DNA of 64,000 bases from the NCBI GenBank assembly GCA_026770705.1, contig JANJGN010000047.1, positions 2,914,001-2,978,000 on the forward strand. The letters are read 5' to 3'. Under the pieces are notes generated by a model, which saw nothing but the letters and a program-made list of their open reading frames with translations, searched no databases and had not been told where the DNA came from. The DNA is from Isurus oxyrinchus. Taxonomy: Eukaryota. The translations under genes were made by a program, and so were the position numbers. This document shows positions 27,801-41,673 of the stretch, piece by piece (the stretch's first letter is position 1; the number at the start of each line of letters is the position of its first letter).

Positions 27801-29808
27801 GTGTTGTTGAGGAGGGTGACGTTAGGGAGGAATTTGGGGGCGGGGTGGAGCGGTGATAAATGCCCACATGCTGGCTGTAGACTTTCACAGCCTGAGCAAT
27901 GCCAATAGTCGGTTAAAGCAGCCGAAGTAGACGTATTGTTTGTTGCAGACGCCAGACTGTCTCGACAGTTTACCGACATCTTATTCCCTGAACAACTATT
28001 AATGACACTGGTTAGGACTATTTGCAGGCGACATTCTGTCATGCTATTCCCGTGAATTGGTGCCGTTATCCCAATATACAGCCCCGATTCATTGGCCTGG
28101 ACATGTTCAATATTCAACAAGAGTTATGTCAATATTATAAGGGAGCAACGACGAGGTTGCTGGTGCCGACATCACCACAATGCCAGGTGCTTCCTGTCAG
28201 TTCTGCACAACAGCAAAACATACAGCGAGGTCTCTGTAAATCTGCACACAAGCAGCTGCTGTGGGCTTTCCTACAAACATTTTCAGTACTAATTACTTAT
28301 CCGGAAATAAGAACACATTTCATGTCGCAACAAATATCCCTGTGCTCTCTACCTCTCCCCCAGACCTTCTCTGATTGATAGAAACACATTTTTTCAAATG
28401 ATTGGTGATTTTTCCCGAAGAAGGTGCAAGTACATTTCGGCCGCATATAGAGAATGATTTAGGAGCGGCATAGTTCCAACTGGGTAAATTGGGAAAACCG
28501 CCCAAGTTATAATGGTGATCTCTACACATCTGTTATTGGTGATAATAGTAATCAAACAACTGCCCTCTAAATGAAGCATTTTCTCAAAGTGTGACAACAA
28601 TGGACACCAATCAATTAGAAGTCAATGGAGATGCAGCCGATATTCAGATTCAGGTTTTTTTCAATCTCAATAGTTAGCTAAAGTTCGCACACGCTCCCCA
28701 GCTCAAACATAGATTATAGTCAGGATGCAAAAATACATCACACCAATCTTAAAAATTAAAACACTAAAGCTGTCAAACATAATCGAATAGCTCCCATGAG
28801 GCTACTGAGTTGGCCACTCTGATTTTGATTTTAGAATAACAATGATAAACGAGTCATTTTGTTGTTCCTTACCTTCTTTGTTATCGCTTGAAGGCATGTT
28901 CTTCTTATTTTTATAGCGGACTTCTAGCCTGAAATAAAAGTCATATTTTTTTCTTGCAATGTCTGTTGATTTTCAAGTTAATTTAATATCTCATCCCAAA
29001 GCCAAAAGTAACGAATAGCGTTATTGATTCATGTTGAAATAACTTTTCACGTGGTTCGGAACTGGTTAAAATGGCAGGTCATCTCGACATGAAACGATAA
29101 CCGTTTCTTTCCGGAGTTGATGCACCACTGGCTGTAAATTCTTGCGTCCTGTTTTGTTTGCATTTTACATCAACACCCTCACTTGTTTTTTTTTTTTTCC
29201 ACCGTTTTTTGTACTGAACAGGCAAGTCATGTAATAGGAGCAAAGAAATGGAGAGACAGTTAGAGAGTCACGTGGTTAGAAAGACAGAGACTGAATTAGA
29301 GAGAGTAAGCCAGGAACAAGGCAGATACAGAGAAACACAAACGATCGCACAGACACACACACAGGCAAACACACATAAAGAGATATATCTCAGGGCGAGT
29401 GGGGAAAAGTATTCCAACTGGCTTTTGTGTCATTAACTAGATGTTATGAAGTTAAATAAATTGGCAACATTGTTACTGAACAGAAATTTAATCACACAGC
29501 GGCTTGCTAAGACCTGGAATGCACCACAGGACATAATGGGTAATCATATTCCACAGGATTCTTTAGAAGGCAATTGGACATGTGCTTTAAGAGAACTCAT
29601 TTGCAAATGCATGTAGGGATAACAGCAGTTGTGACACAGTAGGTGTAAGAGCCCACTGCTTTGTAAGCTTGTGTTGTAACTTTCAATGATTCAATGATCT
29701 GATACAGTGATGAAAACAAAGAATACTGCGGATGCTGGAAATCCAAAACAAAAACAGAATTACCTGGAAAAACTCAGCAGGTCTGGCAGCATCGGCGGAG
29801 AAGAAAAG

Positions 29809-29847
29809 AGTTGACGTTTCGAGTCCTCATGACCCTTCGACAGAACT
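29809..29847 (-). ncRNA. Minimal hammerhead ribozyme motif (CUGUCGA core)
   Basis: Exact reverse complement of the motif at 23883-23921. Confidence 0.62.
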
Positions 29848-29975
29848 TGATTTCGAGTCCAGGAAAGAGATATCACTCCTTAAGTCAGGAGGTCAAAACT
29901 GCACACAATGCTCAAAAAGCAGTCTCACTAAGGGCCTGTATATTTGGTGAAACATTGCCTTCATTATACGGCTCA

Positions 29976-30014
29976 AGTTCTGTCGAAGTGTCATGAGGAC
30001 TCGAAACGTCAACT
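29976..30014 (+). ncRNA. Minimal hammerhead ribozyme motif (CUGUCGA core, one stem II change)
   Basis: agttctgtcgaagtgtcatgaggactcgaaacgtcaact. Confidence 0.55.
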
Positions 30015-30390
30015 CTTTTCTTCTCCGCCGATGCTGCCAGACCAGCTGAGTTTTTCCAGGTAATTCTGTTTTTGTATCTGATACAGTGTTGTTGACGCAT
30101 TTCCTTTCCATCCGAAGAGGAAAAGGCGATGGATGTGCCCTCGGTTCGTTTTATCCTTTAATGGGCAAGTTCATTCTCATTGGTCTGTTACCAGGCGGCA
30201 CTCTAGTGCTCTCACATCATAACATCTATATGTTATTTAGAAGGAAGAGCCAACTCTGTTCAAACTGTTTTCAAACACTTAATTGCCGCCTTAGCCCGGT
30301 TTTTGGAAGGTGTTCGAAGCAGAGCCTGGCATTTGTGCACAGCATTCGCTTCATGCTCAATTCCCAGCGCAGGAATCGAGTGCCGGGACG

Positions 30391-30436
30391 ATGCTGCGGT
30401 CCTTTCTGACTCTAATTGCACTGCAGCTTCTGAAAT
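30391..30436 (+). CDS. SRCR receptor exon 1, signal peptide MLRSFLTLIALQLLK(C)
   Basis: ATG, a hydrophobic core and a perfect phase-1 donor t|gtaagt. Confidence 0.75.
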
Positions 30437-33400
30437 GTAAGTTTTACAAATTAATATTATCATGTTCTCCATTGAGGTTTCCACTATTATTAAACAATGA
30501 ATCTTATTAATGCACATATTGATATTAACTGCAGAATACATTGAGCTATATTGTATGGTTAGTTTTGGATGTTTACTCAAATATTAACACGTTTGCCTGT
30601 TGAGTAATGGGATATTGCTTCAAAATAATACGCAGATCGAAGGAAACTCGCTACCTGAAAGGCCGGTGAATGCAGAAACCCTCATCACATTTAAAACATG
30701 TTCGGTTGCGCATTTACATTATGGTAGAGCACAAAGAAAGCGACTAAAAATGGAAAGGGTGACCAGGTGGTATCCGATTATTCGACCCGCGCAGGCCCAT
30801 TCAGCCGAAGGCCCTCATTCTGAGCGCAAATTGCTATGGCTTTACCCGTGTGCATAGGTCCCTGTTCCCTGTCGGCGTTTACCTGAGGTCCCTTAACCGG
30901 CTGGCTAGTTCGGAGTTGTAAACCTTCCTCACTGAGAATCTTGTACAGATATAAAACAGATGGATTTCCCGAGAGAATAATCCAGTCTGAGTTTTATTTA
31001 TTGAGCACGGACTTTTTACCTTTATTTCTGCCCTTCATTAAGATCGTATGAATTGAGGATTGACGGCTCGAGTTTATTTGCCAAAAAATTATGCAGTTAA
31101 TATTTTAGGCATTTCAATTGACTTAAAAATCGATCATTTTGAATCATATTTGAAAGGTTTTTACACCTGGTTGGTGATTGTTTTAAATGTGATATTTAGG
31201 TCAGAACGATTTAAGTCCGAACTACAACATAAATAACACAGCAGCTGAATTTATTGAGTCTCCTGCTACTCTTCCACACGCTCAACTTATTAAGATTTGC
31301 ACAATGATCAGACAATTTCAGCAGAGCTGGTACGACGTAGAGAGCCGTCACTGTTAGAATATCATGGAGCGGAGTCTTTGTTCATGTCAACTAACTGAGT
31401 ATGAAACTGCACCTCCAAAAGTGTGAGCCTCCACACATATTACTGTCAGGGGTATTTCTCAATCGATGTTCCGCGGGAATTCTATGTGATATAGGGGCAA
31501 ACACTACAACATCTATAACAGTTGGTTCTGCTTTAGAGTGTTTTGCAAGTTCGATAAATAGTTTATATTGAAATAGGAATAAAGAGCACAATTAATTTTA
31601 TAATGTTTTCTTTTGGCAATTAAGTGCATTCTCCAAATATATAGTTACTGCAACTTCTTTAACTCATGGGAAGTGACTTATTAATGCTCTTGCTTAATTT
31701 TTAATACAACCTTCCACGTATGACCACATTGTATGGATGTTAAAATTCCCATTGAATTGTTTGTTTTTCAGGTTTATGTCATAATTACGTTGGTTCACAT
31801 TTATTCCAAATTCTCATTGTTTTTCACGGTGTTTAATGAGGTATCGAGTCTTGTGCCTTTACTTCCTTCCACCTGCCTGATATTATTATTCAGTTTTATG
31901 TCGATGCCGTGGTTGAGATTTGTTGCTGCTTACAGTGTGTGTCTTCTTTTACAATTATAAATCTCTTATTAACAATAGGAAATGCTGCCTTAGTGACAGG
32001 GAAACCTCGCTGCATTCTTGTCAGGTACACAGTAAAAGGCATATGGCTCCCTAAATCAGTTTCAATTATTTAGAAATAAATGACTGACACTAAACGCCAG
32101 GCATTGTAATTTATTTGAGGAATATGTCTTCTAAATAAAAACACTGCTAGAAGCATGTATTATATATTGCTCCAGAAAGCACTTTTCACAAATACAGGAA
32201 TGAACAAAATTCTTTGTGGAAAATTGGATTATCTTTCCTTAAATCCATAATTAATTTGGGTTGTTTAAGTGAATCCTGAAACAGTTAATTTAATTGCGTT
32301 GAATTCTGAATGTAGACAGTTTGCACATTTGTTTCATTTTAAATCGCCAAGTTCAAAAGGCCAAATGTTGACCATTGCTTTTGGTGGCCGTAATCTGGGC
32401 TAACATGTTTTACTTATTTCGAATTGAAACAGAGACATGGGTGTGAAAAGGTCGAAAGTGATCACACTCCCAGCAGTTTGCTTTTATCATCACCTCTGCG
32501 CCTCTTGGACAGAAACAACAGTCTAGACATACAATTCGAACCAGGTTATTTAAATTCAGTGGATAAGGAATGGAGACCGTCGTTGTTAGAAAGGAACAGA
32601 TCAAATTCTGGAATGTAAATTATCTCAATGAGTACAAAATCCTGGTCAGGGCAGCACTCACTGGTGAATGAACCATTGCAGATGTTTCAGTAATTGAATT
32701 TCCTCAGTAGAAATGCGGTCAAACCTACTTGTGATACAGTGAAATAAGAAGCATGCAAATGCTTTATTCAGCAGTAGAGGGTAGGATAATATTTTTGAAT
32801 AGTGTAGAATAAAATCTTAATTTTTGTCAGCTTAAACATTGCTTGAATTAACTTTTGCTATATGTATAATTATTACCTGCAATCTACAAAAACTTACTTA
32901 GCTAAAAATGTTCTTAAATTTACATATTTGCTCAGAATCTTTCTTATCTTTTACTTGCATCAATATTATGACTGTTTGATATGAAGTTGTAGTTTCTGCT
33001 TCGCTCATTATCTGTGTACAGATTCAGGAAATTATCAAGTTTTATCCTCCTCCTTCCAAATTCCCGATAACTTTTATGTGGACTTAAGGGGATCTCGGGA
33101 TTTTTTTTCAATTACTTTGCATCGGGGCGAGGATTTTTTTTTTTTTGCTGCTTTGGCGCTGAAAAGCACAAAAATAAATTGTGTTTTACTGACAGGGACG
33201 AAGGTCGTGAATTGTTATCAGATACATTTTTCATTTATCGAATAATATTTACATTGGCTGTTGATGTTATTTTTTAAAAAAACAGAAAAATAAAAAAAAG
33301 TTTTAATTCTAAAATCCTAATTGTGTCGCTAATTTAATGAACATTCCCTGCACAGCGCAGAAAGGAGACAGAAGACGAAATTAACATAATCCCGAATCAT

Positions 33401-35223
33401 TTTCACAAACCAACTGCAGATTAGGTTTAAATCCCCAAAAGCGGGCCTATGTTAACATTTATATTAAATGGAGAGAGATTTGAAACTGTTTATTTAAATT
33501 GTGGAAATGTCATTGAATGCATATTACGGACTGCATTATTTTCCCTTCATTCGACATCAAAAAAGGAAATTAATTTATCAAATTCTATTAATAACTGTGA
33601 CATATAAATATTAACTTGCTTCTGCTTAACAGAAACTTTGAATACGTGGCCAAATACATATCACATTTCGATTTAATCCAGAATACAACTCGCAGAAATG
33701 AGTCAGTTAGTTTTACGTACTCCCCTGCAGCTCCTGCACAGGCAAAGCAGCGTCGATTGCAAATGTTTTTAATCCCAGAGTGCTAGAAGCAGAGAGCATT
33801 TACTCTAAGAGAAGCGTGGATCACATTCTGGGATGTAAGGTCACTGGCCGACTGTACAAACCTTGTTAAAGTTGCCGGTTCTGCCAACTGAACCTGCGCA
33901 TATTTTTTAAAACAGGTATTTATCAGTGGCAGAGGGTTGTGACTGTTGTGTGCTATAATGAGCTGAAAGATTTCAAATAGTGTTTTCAACCTAACTTTGG
34001 AATTATGGACAATGACTGTTATATTTTTTTCAAATTTAAATTGTAAATTGCGATCGAACCATGTTCGTTGTCATAGGATAAATATGGTTATATTGAGTAT
34101 TAATTGTGTGCTGATAAGCGAGGGGAGCATAAGATCTCACATTTCACAGGCAATTAACCTGTAAACATGCTTGATTATGTGTTTCTTTTTGGGGGGCCTG
34201 AAATCTGTTTTAATTAAATCACTTACCTAAGGAAAACTTTTATATGTATATTACTTACGTGAACCTGAATGTTTGTCAGCCTTTTCCACATGCTTCATAT
34301 GTTTTTATAACAGGATCGTGTTGTAGCTAATGAGATATCAGATCTCAACTCTCAATCTTGCATTGCTTTGGGTCGGTTTGTATCAGGCTTTAGGTCGCAT
34401 TTATATCTTGTGCACCTTGTGCATGAGGTGCTTAATGTGGAGCTGTTTGGACTGCCGCTCAAGGGGGTTGCTATGAACTAGCTGGTGCGCAGTTTCTTGA
34501 GTATTATTGCGACTTACATTACCCAGGCAATCAGAGACAATTCCAATAAACTCCTCAGTAATATATTATAAGAAGGTGCAGGCTTTGTGCAGGAATGGCA
34601 GAAATCATGCAAGGGGTTGCAGAAATTCAACTGAGGGCGGGAATCAATGTGAGATGTTCTTTAACACTTTAAACAGGGAATATAGAGATACCAGAATATC
34701 CTCCTGGTTAAACTAAAAAGCAGAGCCCATTATGGAAAATGTTAACGCACGATCAATGGTGTGAAACCAACAAATGGAAAGTGACCAAAAACAGGCCGGT
34801 CACCATGTCTTGGAGCACCGAGAGTGGCTGTGGTAAACATACTATCTTTAGTATGCTAGAGGGACCTTAGATGGTGAAGAGGTGTTCTGTGTAATGGGTT
34901 TTCTCTGGATCTCCTGGGTAAACGTTGACCAGTTAATAACATGAACCTGCTACTGAGCCTGTAGTGGATGCTTCATTAGGAGTGGAAAACAAATTAAATC
35001 ACAAATCGCGGGATTATTTCTTCTGAAAAGCGACGGGAAATCTACCTTCAGATAATGATGGAAACTTGGGTGTTTGTTGAATTTTTTAACATAAAGTTCC
35101 TGAAAACCTTATGTTCAAAAAATGACAAAATATTCTCGCATTTGCTTTGAACAAAGAACGCTTTTGCCCATTTCATCGTTCTCTTACCCCCATGAAACTT
35201 TAATTTTCAACATTTCATTTCAG

Positions 35224-35256
35224 GCAGAACTGGGAGCAGTCAGGCTGATCCATCAG
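35224..35256 (+). CDS. SRCR receptor exon 2, end of leader (C)RTGSSQADPS
   Basis: Polypyrimidine tract with tttcag acceptor, 33 nt, cag|gtaata donor, in frame with neighbouring exons. Confidence 0.7.
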
Positions 35257-35964
35257 GTAATAACTCTCAATTTTCATATTATCTGAAATTTTTCTGTCCA
35301 TTCTACGTGAATTAAAACTAACTGCTGGAGACAATTGCGATACCGACTTGATCATTGGTTAACTCTCTCTCCATGTGCCTGTCAGGGAGGAACGGAATGT
35401 TTCCTGCACTCTGATAATGAACATACTTAAACCCTGTTGAGGGAAAATTGCTGTCTAATGCAGAGTGACCATGACTTGGGTCCGGGAGAGGAGAATGGCA
35501 ATAACCACTGATACTGCTTTTGATCCCAACTGGGCTGCCAATTCGCGAACAGACAGAGATAGAGGTTACATGACATTCCAGTTCCGGAGGTTGGGGGAGG
35601 GTGGGGCTGGCTGGGAGAAGGAGATTGCAATTTGTGCTCTGATACTCTGAATGGATCTCAGTCTCCGCCAATCAGTGAGTTCGCTATTATAGTCTCCTCC
35701 ATCTCCTGATCTCCGGGGACTGGAATAAATTCTGAACGTATCGACAAACTGTCCCAGAAGGGGCATCTCTCCAACTTATACCGGCTCGCTTATGGGTTTA
35801 ATACAATTATATCCTTGTGTTTGAAAGGTTTGATATTTAAATCGAGTTTCAATGGGAGATTGGGCCAAATTCTTCTGCTCTGACCTGCAGAAAATGGAGA
35901 CCGGTTAGCTGGGACTCGCGGTTTTAATAGGTTGTAATTCTATGCTTATTATTGTATTTTACAG

Positions 35965-36279
35965 CGGCTATGAAACTGAGACTGGCGAATGGGAGCAGTC
36001 GGTGCGCAGGAAGAGTGGAGATTCACTACAGGGGGCAGTGGGGGACTGTGTTTGGTATCAGCTGGGACCTGAAGGAAGCTGCTGTTGTTTGTCGGGAGCT
36101 GGGTTGCGGAACCGCGGTCTCTGCACCGGGCGGGGCTCACTTTGGGGAAGGCTCCGGGCCCATTGTGACGGTGGGTGTTCAGTGCAGCGGGAACGAGGCC
36201 GCCCTGCGAGACTGTAAATCAGCTTCCTGGGATCACTATCCCATTTCACACAACAATGATGCCAGCGCGATCTGCTCAG
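35965..36279 (+). CDS. SRCR domain 1 exon (6 Cys)
   Basis: LRLANGSSRCAGRVEIHYRGQWGTV...ASAICS. Flanked by tttacag| and |gtacaa, 315 nt. Confidence 0.95.
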
Positions 36280-39200
36280 GTACAAATATTTCTTCTGCTT
36301 CGCATCGCCCATCGTATCCGATTTCTTTCCCCTGGAATAAAGGCGGAAATGTTATTTTGGGACAGCTGACAGCTGACGAATGAGACTTAGGGCAGGATAT
36401 TCTAGTTGGAGTTAATGTTATATTCAATTAGAATCATTGCGTGTCATACATTCATGTCAATAATTGTGTTTATTTATAAAATTAAGCTCACACCGGAACG
36501 GCACGTTGCAGCCCGCTTTATATCACTGCTGGCTTCTTGCTGTGAGGTGACCCGGACAATCCAAGGATAGTGAAGAATGTTTGGAAAATCCCGCAAGCAT
36601 TATACCCTCTCCCTCGCCACTCGCATGGATGGATCGGCATGCTCTTGCGGTAATCAGTGAGAGTGATTGCAGAGTCCAGTTATTCAGTTGCCCAGCTGTT
36701 AGATCAGTGTTTTATGTTCTCACTCCCTGTATAAATTCCATGGCGTAACGACCCTGGGGAGCACACCGGAGCATGCAGGTGTCTTTGATTCAGCTCTATT
36801 GCGGAGTTTCCCAGAGAGCAGGGGAATTCCCCAGATGAAGTTGAAACTTCCCAGGATGTTCACACATAGTTCAAGGCGCCAATACTTTCGCTGGGTCCGC
36901 ATGCTCATCTCTGCCGTTCCCCAGGTTTCCCAGATTCCGTAGTACGGAATAATTGGTCTGATATTTTACAGGTTGTGAATCGGGAACTGGGAAGGAAGGT
37001 TTCTGTGTGTGGGGAGAGTCTAAATTATGGGGCAGCAAGGGTATAATCTGCAAACATAATCCCGATGTCAACTGCACAGACCATTCGGTTCAATATTTAA
37101 TTGATATTGAGATCGGAAGAAGTGCAGCATTTCAAACCAATATGTTAAGTGTAATGCAAGGCACAATTGCAGTGAATAATCTTGAAAGCGTTACATTAAA
37201 GGATGAAAAGCGGAGAGTTCCCCATCAGCGCACCCAAGAAATCCTGGCACATGGACCTAATCTAGGCATCATCGGAACAGATCTATTAGCAACTTAACCC
37301 TTTGTGGGATTTCGGTGGAAAGGGCAGCAATTATAAAACTGAATCAGCCTTTTAAAACTAAACTCAATGGAGATTAAACGAAAACTGCACTTTCTAAGTT
37401 ACTGATCAATGTTGTAATTTTTTCAACTGCTTCAGTCATCTCCTTTATGTTACATGGTCGGAAGAGGAGGTGTTTGATCATGACTGCCCAGTGCTCGGCT
37501 TCATTCGCAATTCATCAAATTAGGAAGCAGCCCATAGCCACACAGAGCAAATCCTGCACAACATCCATGCCCCAAATGATAAAAGCCAAGTAAGACGTGT
37601 CTGCAAACGACTAATGACAGCAATGGAAGAGAGATTCCAATTGACATTCAGTTGCTTTGCAGTCAAACAATCCCTCATCATCTTAAACTTGGGGAACACC
37701 GTTGACTGAACTTCCATTTGCAATAGCCAATGCCAATGCCGTGGCTTCCTCAGCAGGCCAGAGGCTGAATGTTCTGTGAGTATCAGTCTTCAACTGTCTC
37801 ACCATTGTTTCTCATTTCCCGAATCATCGCTAATCGTGGAAACTGCACGTGACCTGTAAAGGCGCTGCTGAGGCACTAGACAGGAGACTTGCCATCCCCA
37901 GATGAAGTTCTGTCTTTGACTGGGTGTTTAATCACCACCATCAACCACCATTCTCTCCCTCAGTGCGATAATAAGACGGCAATCTTAATTATGTGCAGGG
38001 AGAACAGCAGCACCTCTAAAAATATTCTCTTCTCCATTTCTGAAAGAAACGGCGTTCATCTCGCTGGTTCAAGCTCCATGAACTCCCAATCTAAGAGCAA
38101 TGTGGTAGCCCGTTCACCACACACAAGGCAGCTGCTTTTATGAAACACAGAATATCTTCTCAAGCAAACTCGGATGGACAGTTAATACAGGTCGTGTTAG
38201 CGAAGTTCACAACTGTAGTTCTGTTGTAAACATTACACAGAATCACACATTCTCGACGGCAAAGCTACTGACTCCATAGGCCAACCGGTCAATCTCGGGG
38301 TTAATGACGTAATCGAGCATCCCCCGCTCCCCAACCACTTTACCCTCCAGGCAATACAACAACTTATCATCTATCTTCATCAATATAACGTGAGGTTCCA
38401 TTCACCATCATCTGTTCATCAATCATAAATAAATCCATTGCAATCACCTCATCTTCAGTGGCCACGAGTTCCTCATTCTAACAACTGTCTGGTAAAAAAA
38501 AAAACATTTCTTCCGAATGCATTTGGGAATTTTAGTATTTTTTGACCATAGCCCAGAGTTAACCATCATCTATCCTGTCAATTTGTTCAATCGTCAAAAA
38601 GATCTTTATCATTTCAGTGCTCGGGTTACCTTCCCTCGTGAAAACAAATGTACCCAGGCAATTCATTTCATTTCCCCCAACCTTCCTCGTAGAACGGTCA
38701 AAATCCATATAAATAACTTTCAACTTTTCTCATGTCTCTAGGAATTTGATGGCCCCCTTGCGGTGGTGCCGTGGGTGTCAATGGAGATGAGCTATTCAAA
38801 TGTCCATTGACTTCCGCGGGACAAGAATATGCCGGCAGTGCGAGAGTGGGCTGACCGGAATATAATGAAACTATCAAGCTTTTTAACTCCTTCCCTCCAA
38901 AAATGAAGGCCGAGACACTGAGATCCGATGGCACATCTACCTAATGTGCACTTTCATTTTCCAATGAATACCTGAGCTCTGAATTAATTCTCACAAAAAT
39001 AATGCATTGCCCTTAACTATTATAACATTCATTTGCAAATTAAGTGCACATTTTGGGAATTTATTGCATTTACTGTTTATTCTGTCTCTCTAAGTACCCC
39101 CTCACAATTTTCCTGAGTTTAAACTGCGCTTTGAATTTGACTCCACAGACTAATTTTGAACTATTCCCTGTGGATAATCTGTTTCTGTAAACGGCAAACA

Positions 39201-41358
39201 ATATTGTTCCTGGCATCAGTCCTGTTGGAACACAACGAACTACCTTTGTGCTGGTCTGAATATCTAACATCCATCCTTAATTACTGATGCTGTTTGCTAT
39301 GCAGTTTGGGATTAATTCTGCTAGCTTTCCGCCAGCTCCACATCGTCTCTCACACGGAATTAGCTGGGTTTTTTTCTGCTGCACGATAGTGCAGAAAATC
39401 TACTGTGAAATGTAAAGGAAACGATGTAACTATTTTTTTCAGAAAAAAAACAGAAGATGTTAAAACGACTGATTTGGGTAAGGGGTACCTGTGGACAGAC
39501 AATGTTCACGTTTCACACTAGTAAGATTTTGGCACTACAACTGTGGAAGCGATATTCAGAGACAACATTCGTTAATGGACAAACGATCCATGAACAACGT
39601 TGGTAACCATTATAGAAGGCAGCGATCTGATACTCTGTCATCCAAATATTTTAATGCATCTGACAGTGTAATTGGTGTCCTGGATCCAATGACCCATAAT
39701 TATTGAGGGTCATTTTTGTTTTAATCCATTCACCCCTATATTATACGATGCAATTCAGGCTACAGATGGAAGGTTACCGGACATTAATTGCCAAGGCCCG
39801 TGAAGACTATTCGGTTGCAATGAGTTTGCTTTCTCATGGCCTCTCACTGACCTCATTACACTAGAAGTGAGGTCTGAGTGAGGAAGAGAGAGAATATTGT
39901 TGGAGTATCTCTGTCTCCCCATTCAATTGCACATTGATTATGGCCTTAAGAGGCTCCCTTTGTATGTGATTGATTATATATATAAGTATGAAATGCTTCA
40001 GTGATCTATTAAATTTAAAGCTTCGGGAATCAAAAGGCGATGTACGGGAACATGAACCAATCGACATAAGCTGTCCTTTCAAGTTTGCACTTGGAAGACG
40101 GGAAACATTCTGGGGAGCCCGAAATGCACTCCTTAAATGATCAGCGTATTAAAACTAAGGCTTGGTTCACAAAACTGTACATGGTTATCCAGTGATTGTT
40201 TCGTTTGGATTCAGCTGTCAGTACTTTAAAAATGCTAAAATAACACGAACCTGTTTTTGCCCCTTGTATGTGACCGTTACATTTTACTGACATATTCAAA
40301 ATGGCACTTAACATTGCTTTGTGCTTCCAGTGTTCGGAATGTTTCACTGGGAAAGTATTGTGGGATCAATCATTTTATGTTTGTGTTCGTCAATATGCTC
40401 CATCGACGAAAGAACAAACGCCAGCAGATCAAATGGTAGATTCGAGGACAAGTCAGGGTTCCTGGATTTATCTGAGTAATTTTCTGGCCAGTCACAGGAT
40501 ATGTCTAGTTGCAGTCGCCCGGTTCCAGGGAAGAGTTACGCCCTGAAAGTGTTATGAAGAGAAAGCTGCTGTGACTTCCATATAAGTAGATGTTGTGAAC
40601 AATGGGTGTTATAATTTCAAGTGGGGGGATTGAAAAATGAGGGGCCAGAGGTAGTAAAAGTAGATGAATTGGGACTTTGAGAATAAATATGTATTTAAAA
40701 CTATTAAATTCACCTCGATAGAAAATACGGAATGTAAGAGAAAGGGAGTTTTTCTGTTGATCAGATGTTTTCCTGCAATGATGGCTGGGTTGGCGGGGGT
40801 TGGGGGGGTTGTCTGTGGGTGGGGGGAATGTTGCCTGGATGCAACTTGATGTAGTTTCTATTTGGGCATTAGTGCCAATGAAATACCAGCTGTGAAAAGT
40901 CGAATTCTTGGTGATCTTCATCAATGAGATCTATCGACCGAACATCGAAGGTGTGCACGTGTGTTGGGGTGAAGGATGGTATGGTTGCATTTCAGTCTAT
41001 GGATTCCGGGCGGGAACCAGTATAAAAATAATATGCAATGAAGAAATTTCGCTGCAGGTAGTGCAGAGATTGTTTGACATCAAAGAGCACTTCTCTCTCA
41101 ATAGATGTTTAGCCAAGTTCTCTCTGCAGATATAGTGCATGCTTGTAACACTGTACTGAGGTAGCAGTAAATCTAAGTGTGTTAAAGGATGCATGTGGCC
41201 TCTTACACGCAATAACTTCTGGAGGATTGTGGGGTTTAGCTTAATCGCTATTGTGCTGGGATGAAACCCTTATCAGAAGTCATCATCACAGGTTTTGCTT
41301 AAACAGATATGCACAAAATTGAAAATGATTGGGACAATCATGAATTGTTGTTACTCAG

Positions 41359-41673
41359 ATCACAGGTTTCCCAGACTCGTATCCGTGGATTCCAACTGCT
41401 CGGGCAGACTGGAAATACAGTTCGGTACAACCTGGGGAACAGTGTGTGATCTTCACTGGGATTGGAATGACGCCAGTGTGGTCTGTCATCAGCTTCAGTG
41501 TGGAGTCCCCGTGTCTGTGGAAAAAGGGGCTTATTTTGGAAAGGGCACTGGAATTCTACAGAGCGATAAATTTGATTGTAAAGGCAATGAGACAAGCCTG
41601 ACAGACTGCCCTATCTCTCCAGTAAATCAAAACGAGTGCACCCACATGAACGATGTCGGTGTGAGCTGTTCCG
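41359..41673 (+). CDS. SRCR domain 2 exon (8 Cys)
   Basis: PRLVSVDSNCSGRLEIQFGTTWGTVCD...VGVSCS. Flanked by ctcag| and |gtgagt, 315 nt. Confidence 0.95.

Larger units (their letters stand above)
29710..30075. mobile_element. Non-autonomous PLE-derived mini-insertion: inverted pLTR arms around a ~100-bp CR1-derived spacer, with a 13-bp TSD
   Basis: Arms 29710-29869 and 29972-30075 are inverted copies of the PLE pLTR. The spacer 29870-29971 resembles antisense CR1 ORF2. atctgatacagtg occurs at 29697-29709 and 30076-30088. Confidence 0.88.

Noticed and set aside
25500-29000. Unassigned, possibly unique sequence with short ORFs
   Set aside because: No recognisable protein motif, exon chain or RNA structure. 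A database search would be needed.
31733-31960. Hydrophobic 75-aa ORF in intron 1
   Set aside because: Explained by T-rich composition, with no supporting splice or family evidence.
34805-34832. Alternative first exon caccATG...g|gtaaac (MSWSTESGC)
   Set aside because: Phase-compatible but not hydrophobic. The 30391 exon gives a proper signal peptide and a consensus donor.
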